DNA of 64,000 nucleotides from a bacterium ADurb.Bin157 (GCA_002070375.1 MWDD01000007.1:12985-76984), one strand, 5' to 3'. Shown: positions 19,733-29,520, counted from the stretch's first letter. Program-made: numbers and translations. The notes: generated from the letters alone by a model not told the origin.

Positions 19733-20915
19733 AAAATTTAAAAAGGGATCCGCACTGCTCATTACGATGCTGGTCGCCGTTAGCGTAGGCACAATCGCCG
19801 TATCTTATTTTAGATACTCAAGAATAACCGCCAAAAATCAAATAAGAACAATAAACAAAGATCTTATTCGAGAAATAGCACAAATGGCTTCAGACGAAAT
19901 ATTTGCGCGTACCTGTAAAGATGCCGTAGATATTAAAAGCAAAATATTTTGGTTTTTAAAAGGCTCGGCCCCCGGTACCGTATACCGCATCGACACTCCT
20001 TTTACAAAAGAAAACAGTAAACACTTTCTTTCGGAAGGTTATTCGTGCGAGGTTGCCGGCAGAATAAGAATAGTCAGGTTCAGAAAAACTGCCCCGAATA
20101 ATTCTAAATACTTCGGAGCGTATGAGGGGCATGGAATAATTGCCATAGAAACCAAAGCATTATTATACAGGCATACCGGCGAAAAACGTTCCGTGGCATT
20201 TTCCCATGAAATAGAATCGCATTTTGATTATTTTCTTGTGTCGACTGTTTGCATGAGCGAAAAGGGCTCGATGATGACAAATCCGCTTGTTATACGCAAA
20301 GATCGCGAGGCGGGAAACACTAATGTGATTAAATCAGATAATGCGGCTGTGTTAACTCTGCACAACGGTATGAATTCGTTTCAGCCGGTTATACCCGACA
20401 GTTATGTTTTATACGATAAATACTCGCTTTGGAGTAAGAGAAACCTGAGCATAGAAGACTTATACAAATATGAAATAATCGACCGAAAAGCTAAGACTAT
20501 TAATTTGAACGGCATTGTTCATTGCAAAGATTCTGTGACCCTCGAAGGTGACTATAAGGTTGCCGGGCAGGGGGTTATAATTGCCGACAGTTTTAATATC
20601 AACGGCGCTATCGAAAAGTCTGACAACACCTCTCTGTGTGTACTTTATGCCAACAAAGGAAAGATTGTGACGAACACAGAAAAAGAGATAAACGCGGCAT
20701 TGATAGCTTCAAATCGTAATTTTACCGGTACAGTAGAGGCTTTAAAGGCTCTGAAAATTAATGGCCTGATGGTTGTTGACACGCTTGATTTAAATGCTTG
20801 GGCAGAAAAAGATCATAAGATTTATTATGATATGGCTTTTAAAGACGGTGAAAAAGCAAACAGAGCGGTAATTTCAAAATGGGTAACTTACAGAAGAACA
20901 AATGAAAAGATTTAA
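19719..20915 (+). CDS. GspK/PilX-like minor pseudopilin (large)
   Basis: Likely start MKQNKKFKKGSALLITMLVAVSVGTIAVSYF has the charged N-terminus plus GSALL hydrophobic helix typical of the GspK/PilX N-domain. Overlaps the anti-sigma gene by 14 nt. Confidence 0.45.
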   Translation: MKQNKKFKKGSALLITMLVAVSVGTIAVSYFRYSRITAKNQIRTINKDLIREIAQMASDEIFARTCKDAVDIKSKIFWFLKGSAPGTVYRIDTPFTKENSKHFLSEGYSCEVAGRIRIVRFRKTAPNNSKYFGAYEGHGIIAIETKALLYRHTGEKRSVAFSHEIESHFDYFLVSTVCMSEKGSMMTNPLVIRKDREAGNTNVIKSDNAAVLTLHNGMNSFQPVIPDSYVLYDKYSLWSKRNLSIEDLYKYEIIDRKAKTINLNGIVHCKDSVTLEGDYKVAGQGVIIADSFNINGAIEKSDNTSLCVLYANKGKIVTNTEKEINAALIASNRNFTGTVEALKALKINGLMVVDTLDLNAWAEKDHKIYYDMAFKDGEKANRAVISKWVTYRRTNEKI

Positions 20916-21357
20916 TAATAAACGCTTAAAATCAGGATTCTCGCTAATAGAGGCCCTTATCGGGATATTAATTATCGGTGTTGTAGGTATTTCGGTTTTT
21001 ATGCTTATTTCAACCTCTAACAGAACTAATTTGGCGGATTATTATCGTATGACAGGCGAAAGTATTGCAAAAGAGGCGATAGAAGTTTTTCAATGTTTGG
21101 GTTACGAAGAAATCTCAGGCAGAAAAAACACAACATTGGCCGGTTATGCCCTCGATGTTTGGCAGCCGGTTGAAGTAAGTATAAAAGACGGGATAAAAAG
21201 GTCGGAAAATTCTTCTGCTTTTTTACGAAAAATTGTGTTAGAACCTGTCGAAAATGACGGAATAATGGGCGTTTTAGTTAAGGTTGAGGTTAAGTCTAAG
21301 GGCTTCTTTTCAGGTCTGGGAAAAATCGAAGCTAAAACCATGGTGATAAAAAAGTAA
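20902..21357 (+). CDS. prepilin-type N-terminal cleavage/methylation domain pseudopilin (GspI/PilV-like)
   Basis: KSGFSLIEALIGILIIGVVGI has the canonical G-F-[ST]-L-[IL]-E class-III signal. Confidence 0.75.
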   Translation: MKRFNNKRLKSGFSLIEALIGILIIGVVGISVFMLISTSNRTNLADYYRMTGESIAKEAIEVFQCLGYEEISGRKNTTLAGYALDVWQPVEVSIKDGIKRSENSSAFLRKIVLEPVENDGIMGVLVKVEVKSKGFFSGLGKIEAKTMVIKK

Positions 21358-21358
21358 A

Positions 21359-22075
21359 ATGAAAAAAATAAGCATAAAAACCGGTGTGACTATGATTGAG
21401 CTGATTGTTGCGATTGCAATAACCTCAATAATCGGCACGGGAGCGTTAATGCTTCATCAAAACAGCGTCAAGATTGCATCGGCCGGTATGGCAAACGTCG
21501 AAATGATGCGAGAAGGTAAACTTATACTTGAAACAATAAGAGAAGACCTTAAACATGCTTGTGTTCCTTATAAAGATTCTTTTTCAATCAGTTTTGACAA
21601 TATAGTTCAAGTCGAGTTCTCAAAGAACAAAGGTTTAGAGGGTGCCGAATTTTCTTTCTTGAGATTTAAAAACAAACCTGATTTTGCCGTAATGGGGTAT
21701 TACGAGAAAGATTATATGTTGAGGGCTTTAACAAAAATAACCTATAGATTAGAAAAAATCGAAGATTCGGAGTTGCTAAAGCTTGTCAGAGAAGCTGCGG
21801 AACATAAAGGCGAAACGACTGTGGCAACTTTAACCGAAAGACTTAACTTTTTTAACATAAAACCGGTAGAAATTAAAACAGAAACAGCTGATAGATGGCT
21901 TTGGAACATCAGTTTGCAGCTGTCGCATAAATCCGACAAGAGCTCGGTCGTTTTGCGCGGAGAGAACTGTTTAAGTTTTTATGATTTGGTTTTTTCCGAG
22001 TTTTATCAATCTGTTTCGCTGTTCCCTGACTCACCCAGAAATTGGAACACGGGCATGACATTTTCACCCAAATAG
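21359..22075 (+). CDS. prepilin-type pseudopilin (GspJ/PilW-like)
   Basis: KTGVTMIELIVAIAITSIIGTGAL class-III signal; 238 aa. Confidence 0.7.
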   Translation: MKKISIKTGVTMIELIVAIAITSIIGTGALMLHQNSVKIASAGMANVEMMREGKLILETIREDLKHACVPYKDSFSISFDNIVQVEFSKNKGLEGAEFSFLRFKNKPDFAVMGYYEKDYMLRALTKITYRLEKIEDSELLKLVREAAEHKGETTVATLTERLNFFNIKPVEIKTETADRWLWNISLQLSHKSDKSSVVLRGENCLSFYDLVFSEFYQSVSLFPDSPRNWNTGMTFSPK

Positions 22076-22101
22076 TTTTTTGCAAAAATAAAACAAAAAC
22101 A

Positions 22102-22131
22102 TTGAATAATTTATCTCCTTTATGGTATAAT
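22102..22131 (+). promoter_or_regulatory. sigma-70 promoter for tRNA-Leu (TTGAAT-N18-TATAAT)
   Basis: -35 at 22102-22107; consensus -10 TATAAT at 22126-22131; the tRNA begins about 12 nt downstream. Confidence 0.6.
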
Positions 22132-22142
22132 ACACTTCGCTA

Positions 22143-22227
22143 GCCGGAATGGCGGAATTGGCAGACGCACGGGACTCAAAATCCCGCGCCCCTTAAAGGC
22201 GTGTCGGTTCGACCCCGACTTCCGGCA
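22143..22227 (+). tRNA. tRNA-Leu (anticodon CAA), long variable arm
   Basis: Acceptor stem gccggaa/ttccggc; anticodon loop gactCAAaatc; T-arm ggttcgacccc; 85 nt; CCA not encoded; followed by a terminator. Confidence 0.88.
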
Positions 22228-22231
22228 CCGA

Positions 22232-22263
22232 AAGCCCCGTTTTCATACGGGGCTTTTTGTTTT
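22232..22263 (+). terminator. rho-independent terminator after tRNA-Leu
   Basis: aagccccg-ttttcata-cggggctt hairpin followed by a T-run. Confidence 0.75.
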
Positions 22264-22314
22264 AGCCCCATTGACTTTAATGATTAAATTAAGTTAAACT
22301 TTGTTTTGAATAAA

Positions 22315-22345
22315 ACTAAACGAACTGAGTTTTTTGGTCGATACG
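22315..22345 (+). promoter_or_regulatory. sigma-28 (FliA)-like promoter candidate upstream of flgM
   Basis: TAAA-N16-GTCGATAC compared with the consensus TAAA-N15-GCCGATAA. Confidence 0.35.
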
Positions 22346-22417
22346 AATTTTGGAGGCGTCCTCCGCTTATTAAAATAGATATATGGGGGAAGACGTTTTA
22401 GGGAGTCAGGAGGAACC

Positions 22418-22810
22418 ATGAAGGTTTCCAGTAACATTAATGTAACTACTATTTATCAGAATCAGCTCAAAAAGCTTCAAGAAGCCAAATCCGGCGACTT
22501 TGACAAGATGCTGCACGGTGCTTCATCTGACGAAAGCGTTGCGGGAGCAGATTCAAAAGGGCTGTCCGGTTTGAAAAGTAACAAAACGGACAAGGTTGAC
22601 TTGGTCAGTCTCGAAAGAGTCGAAATACCCGAGAAAACCCAGGAAGAAAAGCTTGTGTTCGCAGCAAAAGCCGTTGCGATGGAAGCTGAAATCAGATATG
22701 AGAAGGTTAATCATATCAAAGCTCTTGTTGATGCGGGGCAATACAACGTTTCACCTGAAGCGGTCGCTGAAAAACTTTGGTCTTCGGGCGTTGTAAGACA
22801 CGTTTGGTAA
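22418..22810 (+). CDS. flgM: anti-sigma-28 factor FlgM
   Basis: C-terminal EIRYEKVNHIKALVDAGQYNVSPEAVAEKLW matches the FlgM sigma-28-binding helix region; AGGAGG Shine-Dalgarno. Confidence 0.7.
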   Translation: MKVSSNINVTTIYQNQLKKLQEAKSGDFDKMLHGASSDESVAGADSKGLSGLKSNKTDKVDLVSLERVEIPEKTQEEKLVFAAKAVAMEAEIRYEKVNHIKALVDAGQYNVSPEAVAEKLWSSGVVRHVW

Positions 22811-22822
22811 GGAATTCTTATT

Positions 22823-23311
22823 TTGCGGCAAGTTGTCGAGGAACTTAAAAATATTTTAAATGAAGAACTGGCGATTTATCGCAGGATTCTTGAATTAGGA
22901 AAATCTAAGGGTAAGTTGCTGGTCGAAAAGTTTTCTTCTGAACTACAGAATATAGTTTCTTTGGAAGAGCAGCTTGTTCAACAGTTAGTTGACTTAGAAC
23001 CTCGAAGAAAAGATTGTGTCGGAATACTGACCGGAGACCCCGAAGCAAAGCTTGATTCGGTAACTGATCAAGTTGCAGAATCAGACGGGAAGTCAGATCT
23101 ATGGATCATATCAGATAACCTGTTGTCTGTAATCGAAGAAATAAAGAAGGTTAATGATACAAACCAACGATTAGTCGAACAGGCATTAGAGTTAACTCAA
23201 TATTCTATAAAACTGATAACCCGCGCTCCGAAGCCGGTTACTTATGGGCCGGGCGGAAAGTCTTCTTCGCAATTGCCTCAATCTCGTTCTCTTATCAATC
23301 GTAAGGCTTAA
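22823..23311 (+). CDS. flgN: flagellar export chaperone FlgN-like
   Basis: C-terminal NDTNQRLVEQALELTQYSIKLITRA resembles the FlgN C-terminus; TTG start after an AAGGAA Shine-Dalgarno. Confidence 0.6.
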   Translation: MRQVVEELKNILNEELAIYRRILELGKSKGKLLVEKFSSELQNIVSLEEQLVQQLVDLEPRRKDCVGILTGDPEAKLDSVTDQVAESDGKSDLWIISDNLLSVIEEIKKVNDTNQRLVEQALELTQYSIKLITRAPKPVTYGPGGKSSSQLPQSRSLINRKA

Positions 23312-23323
23312 AAAACACGATAA

Positions 23324-23360
23324 AAAGACCGTTTCGAATAGTTTCGAGACGGTCTTTTTA
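23324..23360 (+). terminator. rho-independent terminator
   Basis: agaccgtttcgaa-tagt-ttcgagacggtct followed by a T-run. Confidence 0.7.
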
Positions 23361-23495
23361 TATTTCGGATAAATCATTAAATACTCTAAATTTACTTGAA
23401 AAACAAAGAATCTTGTGATACGCTGAAGGGTACATCCCTGCTTCTGCTTGTGAAATAGCAGAGGCTTGAAATTATCCGAAGGGAGGTTTTCTATA

Positions 23496-23783
23496 GTGAA
23501 ACCTTACGAAACTTTGTTCTTCACCGAACCGGGCATTGAAACCGATGCTCTTGACACGCTTATCGGTAAAGTCGAAACTGCTATCACCAAAAATGGTGGT
23601 CAGATCGAAAAAATCGATAAATGGGGCCGCCGCCCCTTGGCTTATCCCGTAGACAAAAACATTGAAGGAAATTATGTTCTTGTTAATTTTCAGGCAACCG
23701 GAGAAGCTTTGAAGGAACTCGAAAGAACTTATCTGATCAATCAGACTATTCTTCGCTTCATGACTACTGCGCGCGGTCAATAA
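23496..23783 (+). CDS. rpsF: 30S ribosomal protein S6
   Basis: VKPYETLFFTEPGIE...KIDKWGRRPLAYPVDKNIEGNYVLVNF; GTG start 6 nt after a GGGAGG Shine-Dalgarno. The track ORF from 23466 uses an upstream TTG. Confidence 0.9.
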   Translation: MKPYETLFFTEPGIETDALDTLIGKVETAITKNGGQIEKIDKWGRRPLAYPVDKNIEGNYVLVNFQATGEALKELERTYLINQTILRFMTTARGQ

Positions 23784-23786
23784 GTT

Positions 23787-24215
23787 ATGGCCGGAAATTT
23801 AAACAAGGTTTTTTTGCTCGGCAATCTCACAAGAGATCCCGAATTAAGACACACAGCCCAGGGCACTTCTATTGCCAATTTTGCTGTTGCGGTTAATCGT
23901 AATTTCAAAGGCAATGACGGAGAATGGAAAAAAGAAACAAACTTTTTTAATATTGTGGTCTGGGGTAAAGCCGGCGAAAATTGTGCAAAATACCTGACAA
24001 AGGGACGCCCCGTTTTGGTTGAAGGTCGTTTACAAAACAGATCTTATGAGACTCAAGACGGCCAGAAACGCACTGTAACCGAAATAATCGGAGATAATAT
24101 TCAATTCTTGTCCGGCGCGAATGAACGCGGCGGAATGCAAGATGAATCCTCTGATACCGGCTTTAGTGCAGATTTTAGTCCCGTTGGCAGTGATGATGAT
24201 TCTGTTCCGTTCTAA
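23787..24215 (+). CDS. ssb: single-stranded DNA-binding protein
   Basis: OB-fold [18 protein letters not shown]...[12 protein letters not shown]...[18 protein letters not shown] and an acidic C-terminal tail DDDSVPF. Confidence 0.92.
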   Translation: MAGNLNKVFLLGNLTRDPELRHTAQGTSIANFAVAVNRNFKGNDGEWKKETNFFNIVVWGKAGENCAKYLTKGRPVLVEGRLQNRSYETQDGQKRTVTEIIGDNIQFLSGANERGGMQDESSDTGFSADFSPVGSDDDSVPF

Positions 24216-24253
24216 ATCGGAAATATTGTTTACAAGTTATTCGGAGGAATAAA

Positions 24254-24481
24254 ATGGCTGAATTTAAAAGACATAGACACAGAAAAGTGTGTCATTTCTG
24301 CAAAGATAAAGTATCTTTCATCGACTATAAAGACGTATCTCGCTTAAGAAGATATATCAATGATCGCGGCAAAATCACCAGCCGCAGATCTACCGGCACC
24401 TGCACAGCTCACCAGAAACATTTGACCACTGCGATTAAACGCGCAAGAAATATGGCTCTGCTTCCCTTTGCAAACGTATAA
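24254..24481 (+). CDS. rpsR: 30S ribosomal protein S18
   Basis: [60 protein letters not shown]. Confidence 0.92.
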   Translation: MAEFKRHRHRKVCHFCKDKVSFIDYKDVSRLRRYINDRGKITSRRSTGTCTAHQKHLTTAIKRARNMALLPFANV

Positions 24482-24484
24482 CAA

Positions 24485-25495
24485 ATGAATAAGTTTGCCA
24501 TAAGATGGCTTGAATTGGCTTTTATGGTTTTAATAACCGTTACCGGCCACTATCTAACAGTAAAGTTTCCTCTTATCGGCATGTTTACTCTTTCGTTAGG
24601 CGGTGTTCCCGCATTTGTTCTTTTGGTTTCCCGAGGTAAACTGTTTTTGCCTTATGCGGCTTTAACTTTTATAACCTCTTGGAACTTGGTGTCTTTACCG
24701 GCAGCTTTGATGCTGATACCTCTTGTTTTTATGCCCGCGGTATTTATGTCCTCGGCGTTGAAATTGGGGTTAAAGCCATTACAGGCTGTTTGTGTGGCAT
24801 TGCTGTCGGCAACGCTGTTTTCGACGGGAATGTGGACAATAGTTAACGGCTCTTTTGCCGGTGACAAAGGTCCGATACCCATAAAAGAACATTTGGCTCA
24901 GCAAGTTCAGCTTGTTGAAAAACAACTGGATGAAATAGAAGCGAAGAATCCGGATAGCTATGAGGCTGTTCATGCGGCGAGAAAAAATGTTCTTGATTTG
25001 TATGAATTTTCACAGCTTTTGGTTCCTGCAACGTTTTTATTCGTCTGGCACGTATTGACTCTTTCTGTCTTTTACATGGGAGCTTATAAACTCTCGGCAA
25101 AACTGGATTACAAACTTTCTGAATTTCCGGCCTTTACAGAATGGCAATTTGATTGGCGAATAATCTGGTTTTATATGACAGGTTTGCTTTTGTATCACTT
25201 TTTATCAGGTTTGGAACAAATATCGGTTCCTTGGTTGATAAGAGTATTGGGGGCAAATTTGTTGGCCATAAGCAGTATGATTTATTACATCGCCGGGTTA
25301 TCTGTGTTGTTCTTTATGTTTGATAAATATAAAGCGGGAATGTTTACAAGGCTCTTAATGTCACTTCTTGCACTGATTTTTACACAAGCTATTGTTTGGT
25401 TCGGCATAATAGATGTTTGGGCCGACTTCAGAAAGCCAAGATCAGTGTCTTTACAATCGGATTCCGATGATTCTGATTCCGATATATTTAATTGA
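24485..25495 (+). CDS. DUF2232/YybS-like integral membrane protein
   Basis: Polytopic; sits in the conserved rpsR-(yybS)-rplI-dnaB position. Confidence 0.55.
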   Translation: MNKFAIRWLELAFMVLITVTGHYLTVKFPLIGMFTLSLGGVPAFVLLVSRGKLFLPYAALTFITSWNLVSLPAALMLIPLVFMPAVFMSSALKLGLKPLQAVCVALLSATLFSTGMWTIVNGSFAGDKGPIPIKEHLAQQVQLVEKQLDEIEAKNPDSYEAVHAARKNVLDLYEFSQLLVPATFLFVWHVLTLSVFYMGAYKLSAKLDYKLSEFPAFTEWQFDWRIIWFYMTGLLLYHFLSGLEQISVPWLIRVLGANLLAISSMIYYIAGLSVLFFMFDKYKAGMFTRLLMSLLALIFTQAIVWFGIIDVWADFRKPRSVSLQSDSDDSDSDIFN

Positions 25496-25515
25496 AACAC
25501 CTAGGAGAAATATAA

Positions 25516-25970
25516 TGGAAGTTCTGATGATCAATACTGTTCCCCGGGTTGGCAGAAAAGGTGAATTCAAAACTGTTGCAGAAGGTTTTGCTCGCAATTA
25601 CCTGTTCCCGAGAAATTTTGCTATTCCCGCTACAGAAGGTGCTAAAAAGCATTTCAATCTTATGAAAGATTCATGGGAAAAACAAATTTTGCGCGAAAAA
25701 CAAATGTTTGCCGAATTGGCTCAAAAAATTGAAGGTACTACTGTTACCATCACAAGAAGAGCCGGAGATAAAGGCAGACTGTTTGGTTCTGTAACAAGCG
25801 CCGAATTAGCCGAAGAAATCAAAAAAGCCAGCGGCGTTGAAATTGACAAGAAACTCGTTGTTGCCGACCATATCAAAGAAGTTGGCGAACACGATGTTAC
25901 TATAAGATTCACCGGCGAAGTTAAAGCTGCTTTGAAAATAGTTGTTGTTGCAGAAGTAAAAAAAGACTAA
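25516..25970 (+). CDS. rplI: 50S ribosomal protein L9
   Basis: MEVLMINTVPRVGRKGEFKTVAEGFARNYLFPRNFAIPATEG; TAGGAG Shine-Dalgarno upstream. The track ORF start at 25413 is over-extended. Confidence 0.9.
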
Positions 25971-25995
25971 TATTTTTAGCAGTTATTGATAATTT

Positions 25996-26027
25996 AATTC
26001 GGGGGTTGATTAAAACCCCCGAATTTA
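25996..26027 (+). terminator. terminator-like hairpin after rplI
   Basis: attcggggg-ttgattaaaa-cccccgaat followed by T-rich sequence. Confidence 0.55.
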
Positions 26028-26070
26028 TTTTAATTATATGTTTTTGAATTATAAATAAGGAGCCTTCAAA

Positions 26071-27423
26071 ATGTCAGATATTTTTCAGAAAGTCCCTCCG
26101 CACAGTATTGAAGCAGAACAGAGTTTAATCGGTTCTATGATGTTAAGTGAAGATGCAATAGTTGCGGCAATGGAATTGGTTTCTTCTTCTGACTTTTATC
26201 AAAGCGCCCACAGAACTATTTATGAAGGTATTTTTTCTTTGTATTCAGAGCATAAACCGTGCGATTTGGTAACTTTGCAGGAACAATTAAGGTCTCAGGG
26301 TAAACTGGCCGAAGTCGGCGGAGTAAGCTATATTTCTCAGATGTTGAATGTGGTTCCGACATCAAAGAATGCCGAGCATTATGCTAAAATTGTGAAGGAT
26401 AAGGCAATGCTCAGACAGCTTATAAGCCTTACGGGAGAGATTTCCGACAAAGCCTACGACCCGTCAACAAAAACCGAATTGATTTTAGATGAGACAGAGC
26501 AAAAGGTTTTAAAATTAAGCCAATTTAAATCCACAAAATCATTTCACGAATTAAAAGATTTAGTAAAAGAAACTTTTGCTCATCTTGAACAGCTTTATGA
26601 AAATAAACAACCGGTAACAGGTATTCCCAGTGGTTTTATCGACTTAGACGCTTACACCGCAGGCTTTCAAAAATCGGACTTAGTAATTTTGGCGGCCAGA
26701 CCTTCTATGGGCAAAACTGCATTTTGTTTGAATTTAGCGCAAAATGCCGCTTATAAAACTAAGACCCCTATTATGTTTTTTTCTCTCGAAATGTCCCACA
26801 CTCAGCTTGTAACAAGGCTTTTGTGTTCTGAAGCGCGTGTTAACGGGAACAAGCTCAGAACAGGTATGGTAGACGAAGAAGATTGGGGTAAAATTATTTA
26901 CGCTGCCGGGATACTTGAAGATACTCCCTTGCTGATTGACGATACGGCAAACGCTTCTTTGCTTGAAATTAGAAGTAAGGCAAGAAAAGCCTACGCTCAG
27001 CATAAAATCGGGATGATTATAATAGATTATTTGCAGCTTATCACTTATTCCGGCACCGACAAAGCGGAAAGCCGGCAGCAGGAGGTTAGCGCCATTTCAA
27101 GAAGCTTAAAGGGGCTTGCGAGAGAATTGGATATTCCTGTAATATGCCTGTCTCAGCTTTCCCGTGAAGTCGAGAAAAGAACCGACAAAAGACCTCAGCT
27201 TTCTGATTTGCGTGAATCAGGGGCAATCGAACAAGACGCCGACGTGGTTATGTTTTTATACAGAGATTATTATTATAATAAACAACGTGAAGAAAATAGG
27301 GGTAAAGGCGAAGTTATTATTGCAAAACAAAGAAATGGCGGCTTAGGCTCTGTAGAACTTGCTTTTAACGAAAATTTCGCAAAATTTGAAAATCTGGACA
27401 GAATACACAGAGAAGATTATTGA
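26071..27423 (+). CDS. dnaB: replicative DNA helicase DnaB
   Basis: Walker A ARPSMGKTAF and the DnaB C-terminal RecA-like domain; 450 aa. Confidence 0.95.
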   Translation: MSDIFQKVPPHSIEAEQSLIGSMMLSEDAIVAAMELVSSSDFYQSAHRTIYEGIFSLYSEHKPCDLVTLQEQLRSQGKLAEVGGVSYISQMLNVVPTSKNAEHYAKIVKDKAMLRQLISLTGEISDKAYDPSTKTELILDETEQKVLKLSQFKSTKSFHELKDLVKETFAHLEQLYENKQPVTGIPSGFIDLDAYTAGFQKSDLVILAARPSMGKTAFCLNLAQNAAYKTKTPIMFFSLEMSHTQLVTRLLCSEARVNGNKLRTGMVDEEDWGKIIYAAGILEDTPLLIDDTANASLLEIRSKARKAYAQHKIGMIIIDYLQLITYSGTDKAESRQQEVSAISRSLKGLARELDIPVICLSQLSREVEKRTDKRPQLSDLRESGAIEQDADVVMFLYRDYYYNKQREENRGKGEVIIAKQRNGGLGSVELAFNENFAKFENLDRIHREDY

Positions 27424-27432
27424 GTAAAATTT

Positions 27433-29520
27433 ATGAAAATACTCTTTGTTATCAATGCTCTCACTGTCGGTGGCGCACAGTCTGTATTGGGCGATTTGGT
27501 CAAAAAGGCTGTGGCAGATGACTGCTCGGTAGAGGTTGCCTGCTTTAAAGGGGGCTACCTCGAAGATTCGTTTGCGCAATTGGGCGTAAAGGTGCATTTG
27601 TTAAATGAGTCATTTTTTGATATTTTCGGTTTTATTAAACTCATAAAAATCATGCGGTCTTTTAAACCCGATGTTGTTCATTCACATCTTTTTAGAGCCA
27701 CTTTTTGGGCCCGTGCCGCTCATTTGTTTTTTCTGAATTCTGTTTTGATATCAACGATTCATGGCACTGAAACAGATTATTACAGCGTGCTGGAACGGGT
27801 TATGAGCGGTTGCTCGGACAAGATTATATTCAGCAGCCGATTCTTGAGCAATTGGTATGACAAAAATATCGTTAAACTTGATAAAAACAGCGTTTGCATT
27901 TATCCGGGGGTTTCTGTTCAAGCTGAAAAAAGCGATGCAAAAAAAAACAGCGATGCAATACTGACCATCGGAACCCTTTCCCGCTTACATAGAATTAAGG
28001 GAATTGATTGCCTTTTAAAAGCGTGCGCGCTGTTAGATAAACAGGGCGTTAACTTTAAATTGTATATTGGCGGTGGAGGCAAGCAAAAGGTCGAATTGAC
28101 ACAATTGGCAAATGCTTTGAATATTGCCGATAAATGTGAGTTTGTGGGAACAATAGTTGAGAAAAACGCGTTTTTAGAGAGGCTTGATGTGTTTGTGGCG
28201 CCTTCAAGGTCTGAAGCTTTCGGAATACATATTTGCGAGGCAATGGAACGCTCGTTGCCGGTTATTGCTGCGAAAGTGGGTGGAATTCCCGAAATTGTGA
28301 TACAAAATGAAACCGGATTATTTTTTGAACCCGACGATCACAAAATGCTTGCAGAGCAAATAAAGCAAATTGCCGGCGGCAGAATTGAAGCCGAGTCCAT
28401 GGGGAAAAGAGGCCGCAGAAGAGTTGAAGAGCTTTTTGTCAGAGAAAATTTGCTCAAAGCACATTTTGATGTTTATAAAAAGCAGGTTTTCGAAAAAAGG
28501 CGGAAAATACATTTTGTAATCTCGTCAGGCGAGATGGGCGGGGGAGAGCGGTTGGCATTAGGTTTAATAAAACGGCTTGAGCAAAGAGGTTACAGCGTTT
28601 CTGTAACCTGTGCAGGGCAGCCGTTGGCCGGGGTTTTAAAAGACTTAAAAATAAATTCAGGTTTTGTTTCGATGGCTTTTGAAGGTTTGATTTTTGCTTT
28701 TAAAACAGTTTTTGATCTATTAAAAATCAGACCTGCTTATATCAGCTCTCATCTTAATAAGGCGGGGTTAATTTCGGGAAAAGCGGGCAAATTATTTGGT
28801 ATTTACACTTTATCTCATATTCATGGGCTTAACAGGCTAAGTTATTACAAGGGAAGCGATTGTCTTATAGCCGTTTCAAAAGCCGTTGAAAAGCATTTGC
28901 TCGATCAGGGGGCAAACCCCGACACATTGTGTGTTATACCAAACTGCGTAGACAAGCCTGTCTTAAATGAGTCAAGAGAAATCAAAGATAAAATCAGAAT
29001 AGGCATCACGGCAAAATTGCACGCGAATAAAGGCCATGAATGGGCTTTAAAGTCTATAGCCAAAAACATTGATATATTGCCGGTAAGTAAGATACATATA
29101 TTGGGAGACGGGCCGGAAAAAGAACGATTGCACAAGCTTTGCGAGGATTCACCCTTAAATGAGCTTGTTGTTTTTCACGGTTACGTTGAAGATACCGATA
29201 AATACGCTTCTGAAATAGATTTGGCGCTGCTTCCGTCTGCCGGTGAGGGTATTCCTTTGAGTTTGCTTGAAACAATGAGGTTCGGAATCCCTTGTGTGGC
29301 CACCGACAGAGGGGGTATTCCCGAAATAGTCACAAGCGGCGAAAACGGAATTCTGATACCATATAAAGATGAAAACAAACTTGTTGAGGCAATTATAAAA
29401 ATTTCCGAACCTAGCGTTTATAAAAAGTATTCTGAGTCGTGTATCGAGTCTTTTAAAAGATTGAATGATTACGAAAAAATGGTAGATAATTTTGAAAACC
29501 TGCTTAAAAAGTTCAAATAA
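27433..29520 (+). CDS. tandem double GT4 (group 1) glycosyltransferase
   Basis: Two complete GT-B halves, each ending in the EX7E-type motif: EAFGIHICEAMERSLPVIAAKVGGIPEIV and EGIPLSLLETMRFGIPCVATDRGGIPEIV. Confidence 0.8.
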   Translation: MKILFVINALTVGGAQSVLGDLVKKAVADDCSVEVACFKGGYLEDSFAQLGVKVHLLNESFFDIFGFIKLIKIMRSFKPDVVHSHLFRATFWARAAHLFFLNSVLISTIHGTETDYYSVLERVMSGCSDKIIFSSRFLSNWYDKNIVKLDKNSVCIYPGVSVQAEKSDAKKNSDAILTIGTLSRLHRIKGIDCLLKACALLDKQGVNFKLYIGGGGKQKVELTQLANALNIADKCEFVGTIVEKNAFLERLDVFVAPSRSEAFGIHICEAMERSLPVIAAKVGGIPEIVIQNETGLFFEPDDHKMLAEQIKQIAGGRIEAESMGKRGRRRVEELFVRENLLKAHFDVYKKQVFEKRRKIHFVISSGEMGGGERLALGLIKRLEQRGYSVSVTCAGQPLAGVLKDLKINSGFVSMAFEGLIFAFKTVFDLLKIRPAYISSHLNKAGLISGKAGKLFGIYTLSHIHGLNRLSYYKGSDCLIAVSKAVEKHLLDQGANPDTLCVIPNCVDKPVLNESREIKDKIRIGITAKLHANKGHEWALKSIAKNIDILPVSKIHILGDGPEKERLHKLCEDSPLNELVVFHGYVEDTDKYASEIDLALLPSAGEGIPLSLLETMRFGIPCVATDRGGIPEIVTSGENGILIPYKDENKLVEAIIKISEPSVYKKYSESCIESFKRLNDYEKMVDNFENLLKKFK

